64,000 bases of DNA from Candidatus Woesebacteria bacterium. GTDB lineage: Bacteria > Patescibacteriota > Microgenomatia > UBA8517. This document shows, piece by piece, positions 44,015 through 53,073 of this stretch. Within the stretch, counting starts at the first letter, position 1, and each line of letters starts with the position of its first letter. A program made the position numbers and the translations under genes. The stretch is from positions 138,479 to 202,478 of the forward strand of contig OY970314.1 of the NCBI GenBank assembly GCA_963716475.1. The letters run 5' to 3'. The notes beneath the pieces were generated by a model. That model worked only from the letters and a program-made list of their open reading frames with translations. It did no database searches and was not told the DNA's origin.

Positions 44015-45247
44015 ATGAGACAAACAGCTCTTTTCCCAAAAACCCGTAAGGAGTCTCCGAAAGATGCAGAAAGTATTAATCATAAACTTCTTGTACGTGG
44101 CGGATTTATCGATCAACTGATGTCAGGTAGCTGGACACTTCTTCCTTTGGGTCTTCGTGTGGTTACAAAAGTAAACCAGATTATCAGAGAAGAAATGAAT
44201 GCCATCGGGGGACAGGAAATGCTTATGCCGCTTCTGCATCCGAAAGAACTTTGGAGTGAAACCGGCAGATGGGATAAGGCCGATGAAATAATGTATAAGC
44301 TTACAGACAGCAGAAAAAAAGAGTACGTCCTTTCCTTTACTCATGAAGAAATTGTTATGGACCTTCTCAGAAAAAATATTACCAGTTATCAGGATCTACC
44401 GGTTGCTGTTTATCATTTCTCCACAAAATTCAGGAATGAGCCGAGAGCCAGGAGTGGAATTTTAAGAGGCCGTGAATTTATGATGAAGGATCTTTATTCG
44501 GCTCATGTGAGTGAGGAGGACATGATGGATTATTACGAAAAAGTTAAAGTGGCTTACGTAAAAATTTTTACCAGACTCGGATTTAATTTTAAAGTTGTTG
44601 AGGCAGCGGGTGGGGTATTTACCGATAAACACACTCACGAGTTTCAGGTTTTGGATGCCAACGGAGAAGATACTATTTTCGCGTGCGACAATTGCGATTA
44701 TGCCGTAAATAAGGAAATATTTGAGGGTAAGACAGGTGAGACATGCCCCAAATGCAAAAAGGGAAAGATTGAAGAATTGACCGGGCTCGTAGAGGTGGGA
44801 AACATATTTCCGCTCGGAACTTGGTATGCGGAAAGAATGAGGGTCTACTTTACGGACAAAGACGGCGGCAAAAAGCCGGTTTGGTTTGCAAGCTATGGAA
44901 TCGGGCCGACACGGGTTATGGGAACTTTGGTCGAAGTCAATCATGACGAAAAAGGAATTACCTGGCCGAAGTCTGTCGCTCCGTTTGATGCGCATCTGGT
45001 TGAACTTCCCGGAGCGAAAAATGCAAAGAAAATCTATGATGAACTTATTGAAAAAGGAATTGATGTTTTGTGGGATGATAGAGATGTTGGTCCAGGGGAA
45101 AAATTTGCAGATGCTGATTTAATAGGAAATCCGGTTCGCCTGGTTGTTTCAAGTAAATCTGCAGATAAGATCGAGTGGAAGGAAAGAACTTCAGAAAAGT
45201 CCGAACTCTTGAGCCTCGATGAAGTTTTGGGGAGGCTTAAAAAATAA
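44015..45247 (+). CDS. proS: Proline--tRNA ligase (short form without editing domain)
   Basis: THEE, KFRNEPRAR.G..RGREF.MKD and EVGNIF.LG. Confidence 0.95.
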   Translation: MRQTALFPKTRKESPKDAESINHKLLVRGGFIDQLMSGSWTLLPLGLRVVTKVNQIIREEMNAIGGQEMLMPLLHPKELWSETGRWDKADEIMYKLTDSRKKEYVLSFTHEEIVMDLLRKNITSYQDLPVAVYHFSTKFRNEPRARSGILRGREFMMKDLYSAHVSEEDMMDYYEKVKVAYVKIFTRLGFNFKVVEAAGGVFTDKHTHEFQVLDANGEDTIFACDNCDYAVNKEIFEGKTGETCPKCKKGKIEELTGLVEVGNIFPLGTWYAERMRVYFTDKDGGKKPVWFASYGIGPTRVMGTLVEVNHDEKGITWPKSVAPFDAHLVELPGAKNAKKIYDELIEKGIDVLWDDRDVGPGEKFADADLIGNPVRLVVSSKSADKIEWKERTSEKSELLSLDEVLGRLKK

Positions 45248-45568
45248 ATGGAAAATTGCGTATTTTGCAAGATTGTTAATGGTAAAATTCCATCAACTAT
45301 ATTAAAGGAAACAGACGATTTACTAGTAATTAATGATATAAACCCACAGGCTGATACCCATATTTTAATTTTTCCAAAGAGACATATTAAGGATATAACT
45401 GAGCTAGATGATTCTCTGTGGGTTGAAATAAAAAAATTAGGGTTGGAACTTGCAAGAGAAAGAGGTATAAATAACTTTAGATTAACAACAAATTCCGGTG
45501 ACGCGGCTGCGGTTCACCACATGCACATGCATTTATTAGCTGAAGTGCTGGCTGATCGAAAAATATGA
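45248..45568 (+). CDS. HIT-family protein
   Basis: CVFCKI, DINPQA..H and HMHMH. Confidence 0.92.
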   Translation: MENCVFCKIVNGKIPSTILKETDDLLVINDINPQADTHILIFPKRHIKDITELDDSLWVEIKKLGLELARERGINNFRLTTNSGDAAAVHHMHMHLLAEVLADRKI

Positions 45569-46002
45569 TATATCAAACTTTGCAGCAAAAAATCGGAGAG
45601 TCCATGAAGGCCCATGATGAAATTAGAACTTCAACCTTAAGACTTCTTCTATCCGCTCTTAATTACGAAAAAATCGATAAACAGCACGAGTTAACTGAAG
45701 AGGAAGAACAAGTTGTTATAAGGCGCGAGGCAAAAAAGAGGAAAGAGGCAATCGAGATGTATAAGAAAGCGGGAGCGGAAGACCGAGCGGCTAAAGAAGA
45801 AACCGAACTTGAAATTCTTCAGAAATATCTTCCTCCGGAAATGGGAGAAAAAGAATTAATTAAACTTGTTGACGAAGCAATTTCCCAGATTAAGCCCGTG
45901 TCCGTTGCCGATATGGGGAAAGTCATAGGATTTGTGAAAGGTAAAGCGCCTGGCGCTGACGGGGGTAAAATTGCAGAGATTGTAAAAGAGAAACTTTCTT
46001 AA
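45565..46002 (+). CDS. GatB/YqeY domain protein
   Basis: MKA.D..R..LR, K.RKEAI..Y, YLP and DMGKV. Confidence 0.92.
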   Translation: MIYQTLQQKIGESMKAHDEIRTSTLRLLLSALNYEKIDKQHELTEEEEQVVIRREAKKRKEAIEMYKKAGAEDRAAKEETELEILQKYLPPEMGEKELIKLVDEAISQIKPVSVADMGKVIGFVKGKAPGADGGKIAEIVKEKLS

Positions 46003-46010
46003 AGTATCTA

Positions 46011-46397
46011 ATGATTAAAGTCTTCGTAACCAAACAGTCGAATTATCCAGTTAGAGTTCTGGATATTAAAAAGAAATTAGTCGTGTTTTTGGCTAAAAAT
46101 GGCATTGTTTCGGACGCCGAAGTAACTGTAGCGATAATAGGCGAAAAGAAGATGTCGGAAATTGGAAATAAATACTTAAAGGACAAAAAGCTTCATAATG
46201 TGCTGTCTTTTGTACCTAATGAGGTGAAGGGTGGATTTGTATACCCCCCTGATGGAAGAATTCATTTGGGGGAAATTATTATTTGCTATCCATTAGCGGT
46301 TAAGGAAGCAGAAGAGGAAAATGTTTTAATAGACGAAAGGGTTTATGAACTAGTTGAGCACGGGGCATTGCATTTATTGGGAATTCACCATGAATGA
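46011..46397 (+). CDS. ybeY: Endoribonuclease YbeY
   Basis: VLSF, LGEIII and HGALHLLGIHH. Confidence 0.9.
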   Translation: MIKVFVTKQSNYPVRVLDIKKKLVVFLAKNGIVSDAEVTVAIIGEKKMSEIGNKYLKDKKLHNVLSFVPNEVKGGFVYPPDGRIHLGEIIICYPLAVKEAEEENVLIDERVYELVEHGALHLLGIHHE

Positions 46398-46427
46398 AAT
46401 AATGGCGGGCTCTGCTTATTGCGAAGA

Positions 46428-47960
46428 ATGACACTTTATCTTAAATACCGGCCGAAAAATTTGGACGAGCTTGACCTTAAGGATGTTAGTGAATCTCTCA
46501 AAAAAATATTGTCAAAAGGTTCGATGCCGCACGCGTTTCTTTTTGCAGGGCCAAAGGGAACAGGTAAAACTTCGGCGGCGAGAATATTAGCAAAAATGGT
46601 AAATTGCGAGTCAAAAAGTCCTCCGTGTGGAAAATGTCAACAATGTACATCAATTGATAATGGGAATAATTTGGATGTTATAGAAATGGATGCTGCAAGT
46701 CATCGGGGAATCGACGATGTCAGAATCTTGCGGGATGCAGTTAAACTTGCGCCGGTTTCTGCAAAGAAAAAGATTTATATTATTGATGAGGCCCACATGT
46801 TGACTACGGAGGCGAGTAATGCCCTTCTTAAAACACTGGAAGAACCACCCGAACATGTAATTTTTATTTTGGCGACAACGAATCCCGAGAAATTGATTGA
46901 CACAATTAAATCACGTACTACTTATATTCCTTTCAGGAAGGCAAACCCCACTGAAATTGTGCAGTCTCTCAAAAGGGCCATCTTAGGCGAAAAAATAAAA
47001 ATGGATGAGGAAACGCTCTCCGTTATTGCAGATGCCTCAGACGGATCTTTCCGGGATGCTATAAAAATTTTGGAGCAACTTGTTGCCGAAGAGAGACAAC
47101 TTTCAAAAGAATTTCTGGAGGAGTTTCTCTTCAAGAAAAAGGCATTTAATTTAGACACTTTTACAATCCTTTTGATTAAAAAAGATGTAAAAAGTTTAAT
47201 TGAAGAAATCGGCAAATTTGATGCGAAAGGGGTAACAGTCGAAAACTTTCTGGAATCTCTTCTTAGAAAATTACGCAGATCGCTTTTGGCGAAAGTTGGT
47301 AGCGGAGTTGATGAAATAGAAGATTTGGACAAAGCTGGATTAATTAATCTGATTGAACTCCTGGAGGAAGCCTCGAAAGAAGCCGCTGACTCATTAATTG
47401 AAGAATTACCTTTGGAAATTGCGGTTATAAAGTGGTGTGAGCAAGTGGAAGATAATCGGCCGCAGTTCACTCACTTGAAGCAAAACTCGTCTGTCGCCGG
47501 AGGTGACACCGGTTCTGGTAGTTTCCGCTCAGAGACTTCAGCTACCCGGAAGCTGACTCAGACGGTTGCTTCTGGCGTTCGTGAACCTACGGCCGCTTCT
47601 GAAGCGTGTGGAGAAGTGGTAAATGATGGTGTCTGGAAAGACATATTGGCATTGATTAAGCCGATTAATGCCTCAATCGAGGCACTTCTAAGAGCTGCAA
47701 AGCCAATGGCTTATGATGGTAAAGTTCTTACATTGGGAGTTTATTACAAGTTTCATAAAGAAAGACTTGAGGATGCGCATCACAGGAAAATCTTAGAGGA
47801 TGCGGTGGCGAAAGTTTTGCTGTCCCCGACAAAAGTGGTATGTACATTAGTTGACCCACCGCCGAGGAAAATTGTTGAAGAAATAAAGGTAGAAGCGGTT
47901 TTGACGGAAGGCAAAGATAAAGATATAATCAAAGCTGCAGAGGAAATTTTTGGATCTTAA
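46428..47960 (+). CDS. dnaX: DNA polymerase III subunit gamma/tau
   Basis: KYRP, GPKGTGKT, DEAHML, LLKTLEEPP and GSFRDA. Confidence 0.96.
   Translation: MTLYLKYRPKNLDELDLKDVSESLKKILSKGSMPHAFLFAGPKGTGKTSAARILAKMVNCESKSPPCGKCQQCTSIDNGNNLDVIEMDAASHRGIDDVRILRDAVKLAPVSAKKKIYIIDEAHMLTTEASNALLKTLEEPPEHVIFILATTNPEKLIDTIKSRTTYIPFRKANPTEIVQSLKRAILGEKIKMDEETLSVIADASDGSFRDAIKILEQLVAEERQLSKEFLEEFLFKKKAFNLDTFTILLIKKDVKSLIEEIGKFDAKGVTVENFLESLLRKLRRSLLAKVGSGVDEIEDLDKAGLINLIELLEEASKEAADSLIEELPLEIAVIKWCEQVEDNRPQFTHLKQNSSVAGGDTGSGSFRSETSATRKLTQTVASGVREPTAASEACGEVVNDGVWKDILALIKPINASIEALLRAAKPMAYDGKVLTLGVYYKFHKERLEDAHHRKILEDAVAKVLLSPTKVVCTLVDPPPRKIVEEIKVEAVLTEGKDKDIIKAAEEIFGS
47457..47595. repeat. Multi-stem palindromic element in frame within the dnaX linker
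   Basis: Nested inverted repeats CGGCCG/CGGCCG, GTTCAC/GTGAAC, GAAGCAA/TTGCTTC, CGTCTG/CAGACG and GGTAG/CTACC. Confidence 0.7.
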
Positions 47961-47964
47961 TTAA

Positions 47965-48252
47965 ATGTTTGACAAATTTAAACAATTAGGGGAACTCGCC
48001 AAAATGCGGCAGAAGGCCATGGAGCTTCAAAAAGAGCTCGAAAAGATTATTAAGACTGATGAAAAACATGGTTATTCTGTTTCTGTCACGGGGGATCAGA
48101 AAATCCGTTATATTAAAAAAGGTGAGGAGGATATGAAAGAGCTGACGGACCTTATAAACGATCTAATGAAAGACGTTCAAAAAGAATCAGCCAAAAAAAT
48201 GATGGAGATGGGAGGAGGGTTAGGCGGTCTTCTAGGTGGTTTGGGTAAATGA
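47965..48252 (+). CDS. ybaB: YbaB/EbfC nucleoid-associated protein
   Basis: Located between dnaX and recR; Q..L...VSVTGDQ. Confidence 0.85.
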   Translation: MFDKFKQLGELAKMRQKAMELQKELEKIIKTDEKHGYSVSVTGDQKIRYIKKGEEDMKELTDLINDLMKDVQKESAKKMMEMGGGLGGLLGGLGK

Positions 48253-48857
48253 AAATAGCACGGCCGATAGCGGCACTGATTGAATCTTTCCAGAAGCTTC
48301 CCGGAATTGGACCAAAGAGTGCCCAAAGACTTACCTACTATTTGCTTCATGTTCCGCAAGCTGAGTTGGATGATTTTGCCGAGTCGGTTTCCCGATTAAA
48401 GAAAGATACAGTCCTTTGTTCAGTTTGTAAAAACGTGAGCGAGACCGACCCTTGTCCTATTTGTTCCGATACAATTCGCGATCACGCGATAATTATGGTG
48501 GTAGAGCAACCTCTCGATATTTTGGCGTTTGAAAAAACGGGAAGGTTTAAGGGTGTTTATCATGTTTTGCACGGAGCGATTAGCCCCTTGGATAATATCG
48601 GACCGGACGAAATTTATGTTCAAGCATTGTTTGAACGGGTAAGAGGTAAAGCGACGGTTAAGGAGATAATAGTGGCCACAAATCCGACAATGGAAGGAGA
48701 AGCCACTTCGATGTACCTTCTAAAGAAATTAAAATTTGATAATCCAAAATTGAAAATTACCCGCTTGGGGATGGGAATTCCGACGGGAGCTGACTTGGAA
48801 TATGCCGATGAGGTAACATTAACTCAGGCGCTGGAAGGGCGCAGAGAACTAACTTAA
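48249..48857 (+). CDS. recR: Recombination mediator RecR
   Basis: LPGIGPKSA, C4 Zn finger, YHVLHG, ATNPT.EGEAT and LEYAD. Confidence 0.97.
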   Translation: MKIARPIAALIESFQKLPGIGPKSAQRLTYYLLHVPQAELDDFAESVSRLKKDTVLCSVCKNVSETDPCPICSDTIRDHAIIMVVEQPLDILAFEKTGRFKGVYHVLHGAISPLDNIGPDEIYVQALFERVRGKATVKEIIVATNPTMEGEATSMYLLKKLKFDNPKLKITRLGMGIPTGADLEYADEVTLTQALEGRRELT

Positions 48858-48863
48858 TAAGAT

Positions 48864-49406
48864 ATGAATACTGCCAAACAGGCGGGGCAGTCGGCCCGCG
48901 ATATTGCCCAAAAAGTTGCCAAACAAATGGCCCGGGAGCCCTTGGAGGTTCTTAAAAAGGCTGAAAGCCAAGTTACCGGAATTGAAACACAAAAATTTCA
49001 GGAAGGCGTATCCCAAAACCAAGACTCTGAGACTCAGGCAAAAGTTATCCAGCACCAAAACGAACTTCAAGATAAGATCAAGTCAGGTCGGAGAATGGAA
49101 GCCTTAAACCAAGAAATTAAGGACATTCATAAACAGGATTTATTTAAAGATCTCCAAAATAAAATTGCACAAGGAATAGAAGTTCCAATTGCGGATCATA
49201 CGGAACTTTCAATGGAACAAAAACAAGTATTAATGGCTCAACAGGAAGCGTATAAAAATCAAAAATCTAGAATGGAAGATCAAAATGCACTTGCTGAGGT
49301 TCCGGCAATTCACTCCAAGCCGAGCAGAAGATTTGGTGCCGGGCAAAAACAGGAGGCGGAGAAGCAGCAAACCCGTGTAGAAAAGCCGGTTCCTCCGTCG
49401 GGATAA
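48864..49406 (+). CDS. Hypothetical Gln/Lys-rich coiled-coil protein
   Basis: 180 aa ORF in operon context. Confidence 0.7.
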   Translation: MNTAKQAGQSARDIAQKVAKQMAREPLEVLKKAESQVTGIETQKFQEGVSQNQDSETQAKVIQHQNELQDKIKSGRRMEALNQEIKDIHKQDLFKDLQNKIAQGIEVPIADHTELSMEQKQVLMAQQEAYKNQKSRMEDQNALAEVPAIHSKPSRRFGAGQKQEAEKQQTRVEKPVPPSG

Positions 49407-49424
49407 TCTGATACAATAGCCTTG

Positions 49425-50819
49425 ATGGATATTTTTCTTACAAATTCTTTAACCCGAAAAAAGAAAAAGTTTGAGGCGATAAATCCTCCGGATGTCGGAA
49501 TATATACCTGTGGAATGACTGTTTACGACTACGCTCATATCGGTCATGGCAGAAAGTATGTTATGGACGACATTCTTAAGAGAGTTCTTAAGGCAAACGG
49601 CTACAAAGTTAAGCACGTTCAGAATGTTACTGATGTTGGACATTTGGTTTCGGATGCTGATGAGGGGGAGGACAAACTGGAAAAAGGTGCAGTCAAACAG
49701 GGCAAAACGGTTTGGGAAGTCGCCGAGTTTTTCACCAAAAATTTCTATGAGTCTATGGATAAACTTAATATCATTAGACCCGATATTATCTGTAAAGCCA
49801 CCGATCATATTAAAGAACAAATTGAATTGGTGCAGAGATTGGTGGATAAAGGGTTTGCCTACGACACCCCTGAGGCGGTTTATTTTGATATTGCCAAATT
49901 TCCGAGGTATGGTGAAGCCTTCGGCCAGAAACTTGAGGAGAAAAAAGTTGCCGTAAGAAGCGAAGTTAAAACAGGGGAGTATAAAAAGAATCCTGCCGAT
50001 TTTGCACTTTGGTTTAAAAGGGTCGGCAGATTTGAAAATCATACCATGCATTGGAGTAGTCCTTGGGGCGACGGTTTTCCGGGTTGGCATATCGAGTGTT
50101 CCGCAATGAGCATCAAATATTTGGGAGACCAAATTGATATTCATACGGGGGGGGAAGACCACTTGAGTGTTCATCATCCAAACGAAATTGCACAAAGCGA
50201 GGCGGCAACGGGCAAGGTTCCATTCGTAAAGTATTGGCTGCATACGGCGTTTCTAATGGTTGACGGAAAGAAGATGAGTAAAAGCCTGAAGAATTTTTAC
50301 ACAGTGCAAGATGTAGTGAAAAAAGGTTTCGATCCGCTTGCTCTCAGGTATCTTTACCTCGGAGCTCACTATCGCGATCCTTTAAATTTCACTTGGGATT
50401 CACTGGGGGCTTCTCAAACCGCGCTTTTGAAGCTTAAGTCTCAGGTCGTGAATCTCAAATCTCAAAACAACAGAACGATTCTTTCTGAGGATAAGCAAAG
50501 TAAAATTGACGAATATAGGGATAAGTTTATGGGAGCCATTAATGATGATTTGAATACATCAGAAGCTTTAGCTGTATTGTGGGAAATGTTGGGAAGCAAC
50601 ATCCCCTCGGCGGATAAATACGATCTGGCTATGAATTTTGATGAAATTCTCGGACTAAATTTGGGGGAGATGAAGATTGTCGAAATTCCGGAAAATATCA
50701 AAAACCTAATCAAAGAGAGAGAAAAACTTCGTTCTGAAGGAAAGTATGCGGAAGCGGATAAAATCAGAAGGCAAATTCAAAAGCTTGGCTTTAGTGTCTC
50801 CGACAAATCCCTTAAATGA
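49425..50819 (+). CDS. cysS: Cysteine--tRNA ligase
   Basis: [19 protein letters not shown] and KMSKS. Confidence 0.97.
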   Translation: MDIFLTNSLTRKKKKFEAINPPDVGIYTCGMTVYDYAHIGHGRKYVMDDILKRVLKANGYKVKHVQNVTDVGHLVSDADEGEDKLEKGAVKQGKTVWEVAEFFTKNFYESMDKLNIIRPDIICKATDHIKEQIELVQRLVDKGFAYDTPEAVYFDIAKFPRYGEAFGQKLEEKKVAVRSEVKTGEYKKNPADFALWFKRVGRFENHTMHWSSPWGDGFPGWHIECSAMSIKYLGDQIDIHTGGEDHLSVHHPNEIAQSEAATGKVPFVKYWLHTAFLMVDGKKMSKSLKNFYTVQDVVKKGFDPLALRYLYLGAHYRDPLNFTWDSLGASQTALLKLKSQVVNLKSQNNRTILSEDKQSKIDEYRDKFMGAINDDLNTSEALAVLWEMLGSNIPSADKYDLAMNFDEILGLNLGEMKIVEIPENIKNLIKEREKLRSEGKYAEADKIRRQIQKLGFSVSDKSLK

Positions 50820-51463
50820 AGATCTCCGCGGTAATTTTTGATTTAGACGGAACATTGATTGATACAGAGGATCAGTGGGGACTGGCTTTTGTCGAGGTCT
50901 TAAAAAAACTTGGGAAAGATGTTACCGATAAACATCCTGAAGTGTTTGGTGCACCCATGGAAGACAGTTGGCCGATGCTTCTTAGGAAATACCGGATTAA
51001 AACGGGTAAAACAACAGATGAACTTGTGAACATGACCTACAAGGAATATGTGAAGCAGTTACCGGGGATATCGCTAATGAATGGCGCCGGTGATTTTCTC
51101 AATGATCTTAAAGATAGCGGATTGAAGTTGGGATTGGTTACAAATTGCGAGTGGTGGGTGGTTGATAAGGTTTTTGATAACCTGGATCTTAACGGCGTTT
51201 TTAATGCGATCGTTACGGGAGAAGAAACACCGCTCCCAAAACCGTCCCCACAGTCGTTATTATTAGCTGCCGATAAACTTGGAGAACTTTCGGAAAATTG
51301 CCTTGTGATAGGAGATTCTCCAACTGATGTTGAGGCCGCTCAAAATGCTGAAATGAAGGTTGCTATTATTGATACGACCGGAGAGAAAGAAAATATTGAA
51401 AAGGCGGACTTGGTGGTCGGAAGGTTTTCCGAAATTACAGTAAAAGCGATAGAGAAGTTGTGA
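50816..51463 (+). CDS. HAD-superfamily phosphatase
   Basis: FDLDGTL, VTN, KPSP and IGDSPTD. Confidence 0.9.
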   Translation: MKISAVIFDLDGTLIDTEDQWGLAFVEVLKKLGKDVTDKHPEVFGAPMEDSWPMLLRKYRIKTGKTTDELVNMTYKEYVKQLPGISLMNGAGDFLNDLKDSGLKLGLVTNCEWWVVDKVFDNLDLNGVFNAIVTGEETPLPKPSPQSLLLAADKLGELSENCLVIGDSPTDVEAAQNAEMKVAIIDTTGEKENIEKADLVVGRFSEITVKAIEKL

Positions 51464-51494
51464 AATAGTTATTTAATGCAATATAATTAAATGC

Positions 51495-52133
51495 ATGCCA
51501 AATCAAAATCCTTCAACGTCTCCCTTTGAGATAGTCTCAGGTAAGAAGCCCAGAAGAATTGGTACCCGCACAATTGTGATTACGATATGCGTTGTTGTCT
51601 TTTTAATCTTGGCCGTAGTCGCGGGGGTACTTTTGGTCCGCCAGCAACAGAATATTCAAGAGAAAGCGTCGGGAAGTCTGTGTCCGGCGGCTGCAGCATG
51701 TCCGGTTTCAGGACAACCCGATTTACTAAGGAGTTGTAATATCGTTAATGCTGATGGCACTCCGCAGGAAGTAAGCTGTTCGAATACAGGGAATGTGGGA
51801 CAGATATCACCCTGTGGTCCTCTGAGTTTTTGTTGCCCCTCCCTAGGAGCGTCTTGGACGACAGATTTGACTTTGTGTACACTGCCTTCACCAACACCGA
51901 TCGCTACCCCTGATCTTACGCCAACTCCAATTGCTACGTTTACTCCTATACCCGAAGGTCAGGGATCAGGCCCGACAGACGGTGAGTTTGCAACTTCTGC
52001 TACCACTTCTGCTACACCGACCGCTTTGGCAACCCCGAGGGAGATTCCCGTAACCGGAACCGACTGGCCTACTATTTTGGGAGCGGGAATAGGTGCAGCT
52101 GCAATTATCGGAGCAATACTTCTGGCTATCTGA
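51495..52133 (+). CDS. Predicted surface protein: N-terminal TM, Cys-rich domain, Pro/Thr linker and C-terminal IPVTG plus TM
   Basis: Read directly from the translation. Confidence 0.75.
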   Translation: MPNQNPSTSPFEIVSGKKPRRIGTRTIVITICVVVFLILAVVAGVLLVRQQQNIQEKASGSLCPAAAACPVSGQPDLLRSCNIVNADGTPQEVSCSNTGNVGQISPCGPLSFCCPSLGASWTTDLTLCTLPSPTPIATPDLTPTPIATFTPIPEGQGSGPTDGEFATSATTSATPTALATPREIPVTGTDWPTILGAGIGAAAIIGAILLAI

Positions 52134-52135
52134 AA

Positions 52136-52157
52136 GTCCTGAGTTCTAGCGAAGGAC
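52136..52157. repeat. REP-like palindrome GTCCTGAG...CGAAGGAC
   Basis: Reverse orientation of the CCTTCG..CTCAGG family, between convergent genes. Confidence 0.6.
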
Positions 52158-52477
52158 TAGAGAGAAATTTTCTTAAGAGAAAACTTATTGACAACAATTC
52201 CTATGTGATCGATTAGTGGAAAGTGGCTTCTAATTTCTTCCTGGAATTTTTCTGCAAGATTTGCAGTATATGTTCCAAAACCGGCTTTCTCGGATTGTTT
52301 GCAAAGTCTATCTTCCCATTCATGAATAATTTTTAGTATAGCTTCACCTTCCTTGTTGAACTCGTTCTGATTATTGTCCTGATCGATGGAATATTCAAAA
52401 TGTGCTTGGGTAAATTTACCAAACGCCTCCTTATTTTCTGAAACCATTTTATCGAAATATTCCTTGTACTTGGTCAT
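52157..52477 (-). CDS. Hypothetical protein (106 aa)
   Basis: Clean ORF with protein-like composition. Confidence 0.7.
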   Translation of the reverse strand: MTKYKEYFDKMVSENKEAFGKFTQAHFEYSIDQDNNQNEFNKEGEAILKIIHEWEDRLCKQSEKAGFGTYTANLAEKFQEEIRSHFPLIDHIGIVVNKFSLKKISL

Positions 52478-52573
52478 CTAGAGATTTTGTCGGAAAAATT
52501 AGTCAAAATCAACCCTTGATTTTAAATTTGGATTTTATCGAGAATATGTATATCGATATGACTACTAATTCTA

Positions 52574-52603
52574 TTGACAAATATTAGTTAAGTAGCTAAA
52601 CTA
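52574..52603 (+). promoter_or_regulatory. Sigma70 promoter overlapped by a putative MarR operator
   Basis: TTGACA-17-TAAACT, with inverted repeat TAGTTAAG-TAG-CTAAACTA at 52585-52603. Confidence 0.7.
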
Positions 52604-52626
52604 TTCTCTTCGAGGAAAACCCAAAT

Positions 52627-53073
52627 ATGTTTCAAAGAAAGCCGGTAATCGAATCTATTGTCAATAATCTACAGTCAATAAAGCGGGTTTTGGCCAGTGG
52701 GGGTCACACAATAAATAAAGGTCTGGGAATTACAATGACCCAGGCAAATGTTTTATTTCTTATTAAGCACAAAGGTACGATGAATGTAACTGAAATTGCC
52801 AATGATCTGGGTGTGACGAAAAGTGCCGCAACTCAATTGATTGATGGCCTTGTCAGGCAAAATTTTTTAGCGCGTGAGACGGATATGGAGGACCACCGAA
52901 TTTTAAAGATAAATCTTTCAGACGCAAGTCATAAGCGAATCGCGAACCTTCGCGGGAAAACAGTAAAGATGCTCTCTGCTAAATTCGACATACTTAGTGA
53001 TAAAGAACTGGTTAGCTTGGCAAAAATCACACAGAAACTGTTGGAAAACAATAATGGGGTAAAAGAATGTTGA
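52627..53073 (+). CDS. MarR-family transcriptional regulator
   Basis: ITMTQ..VL, EIA..LGVTKSAATQLID.L and D.ED.R. Confidence 0.92.
   Translation: MFQRKPVIESIVNNLQSIKRVLASGGHTINKGLGITMTQANVLFLIKHKGTMNVTEIANDLGVTKSAATQLIDGLVRQNFLARETDMEDHRILKINLSDASHKRIANLRGKTVKMLSAKFDILSDKELVSLAKITQKLLENNNGVKEC

Noticed and set aside
6309-50243. Long antisense ORFs in the track (e.g. 6309-6923, 10513-10965, 44462-44995, 46922-47470, 49449-50243)
   Set aside because: They are shadows on the opposite strand of well-supported genes and show no protein motifs.
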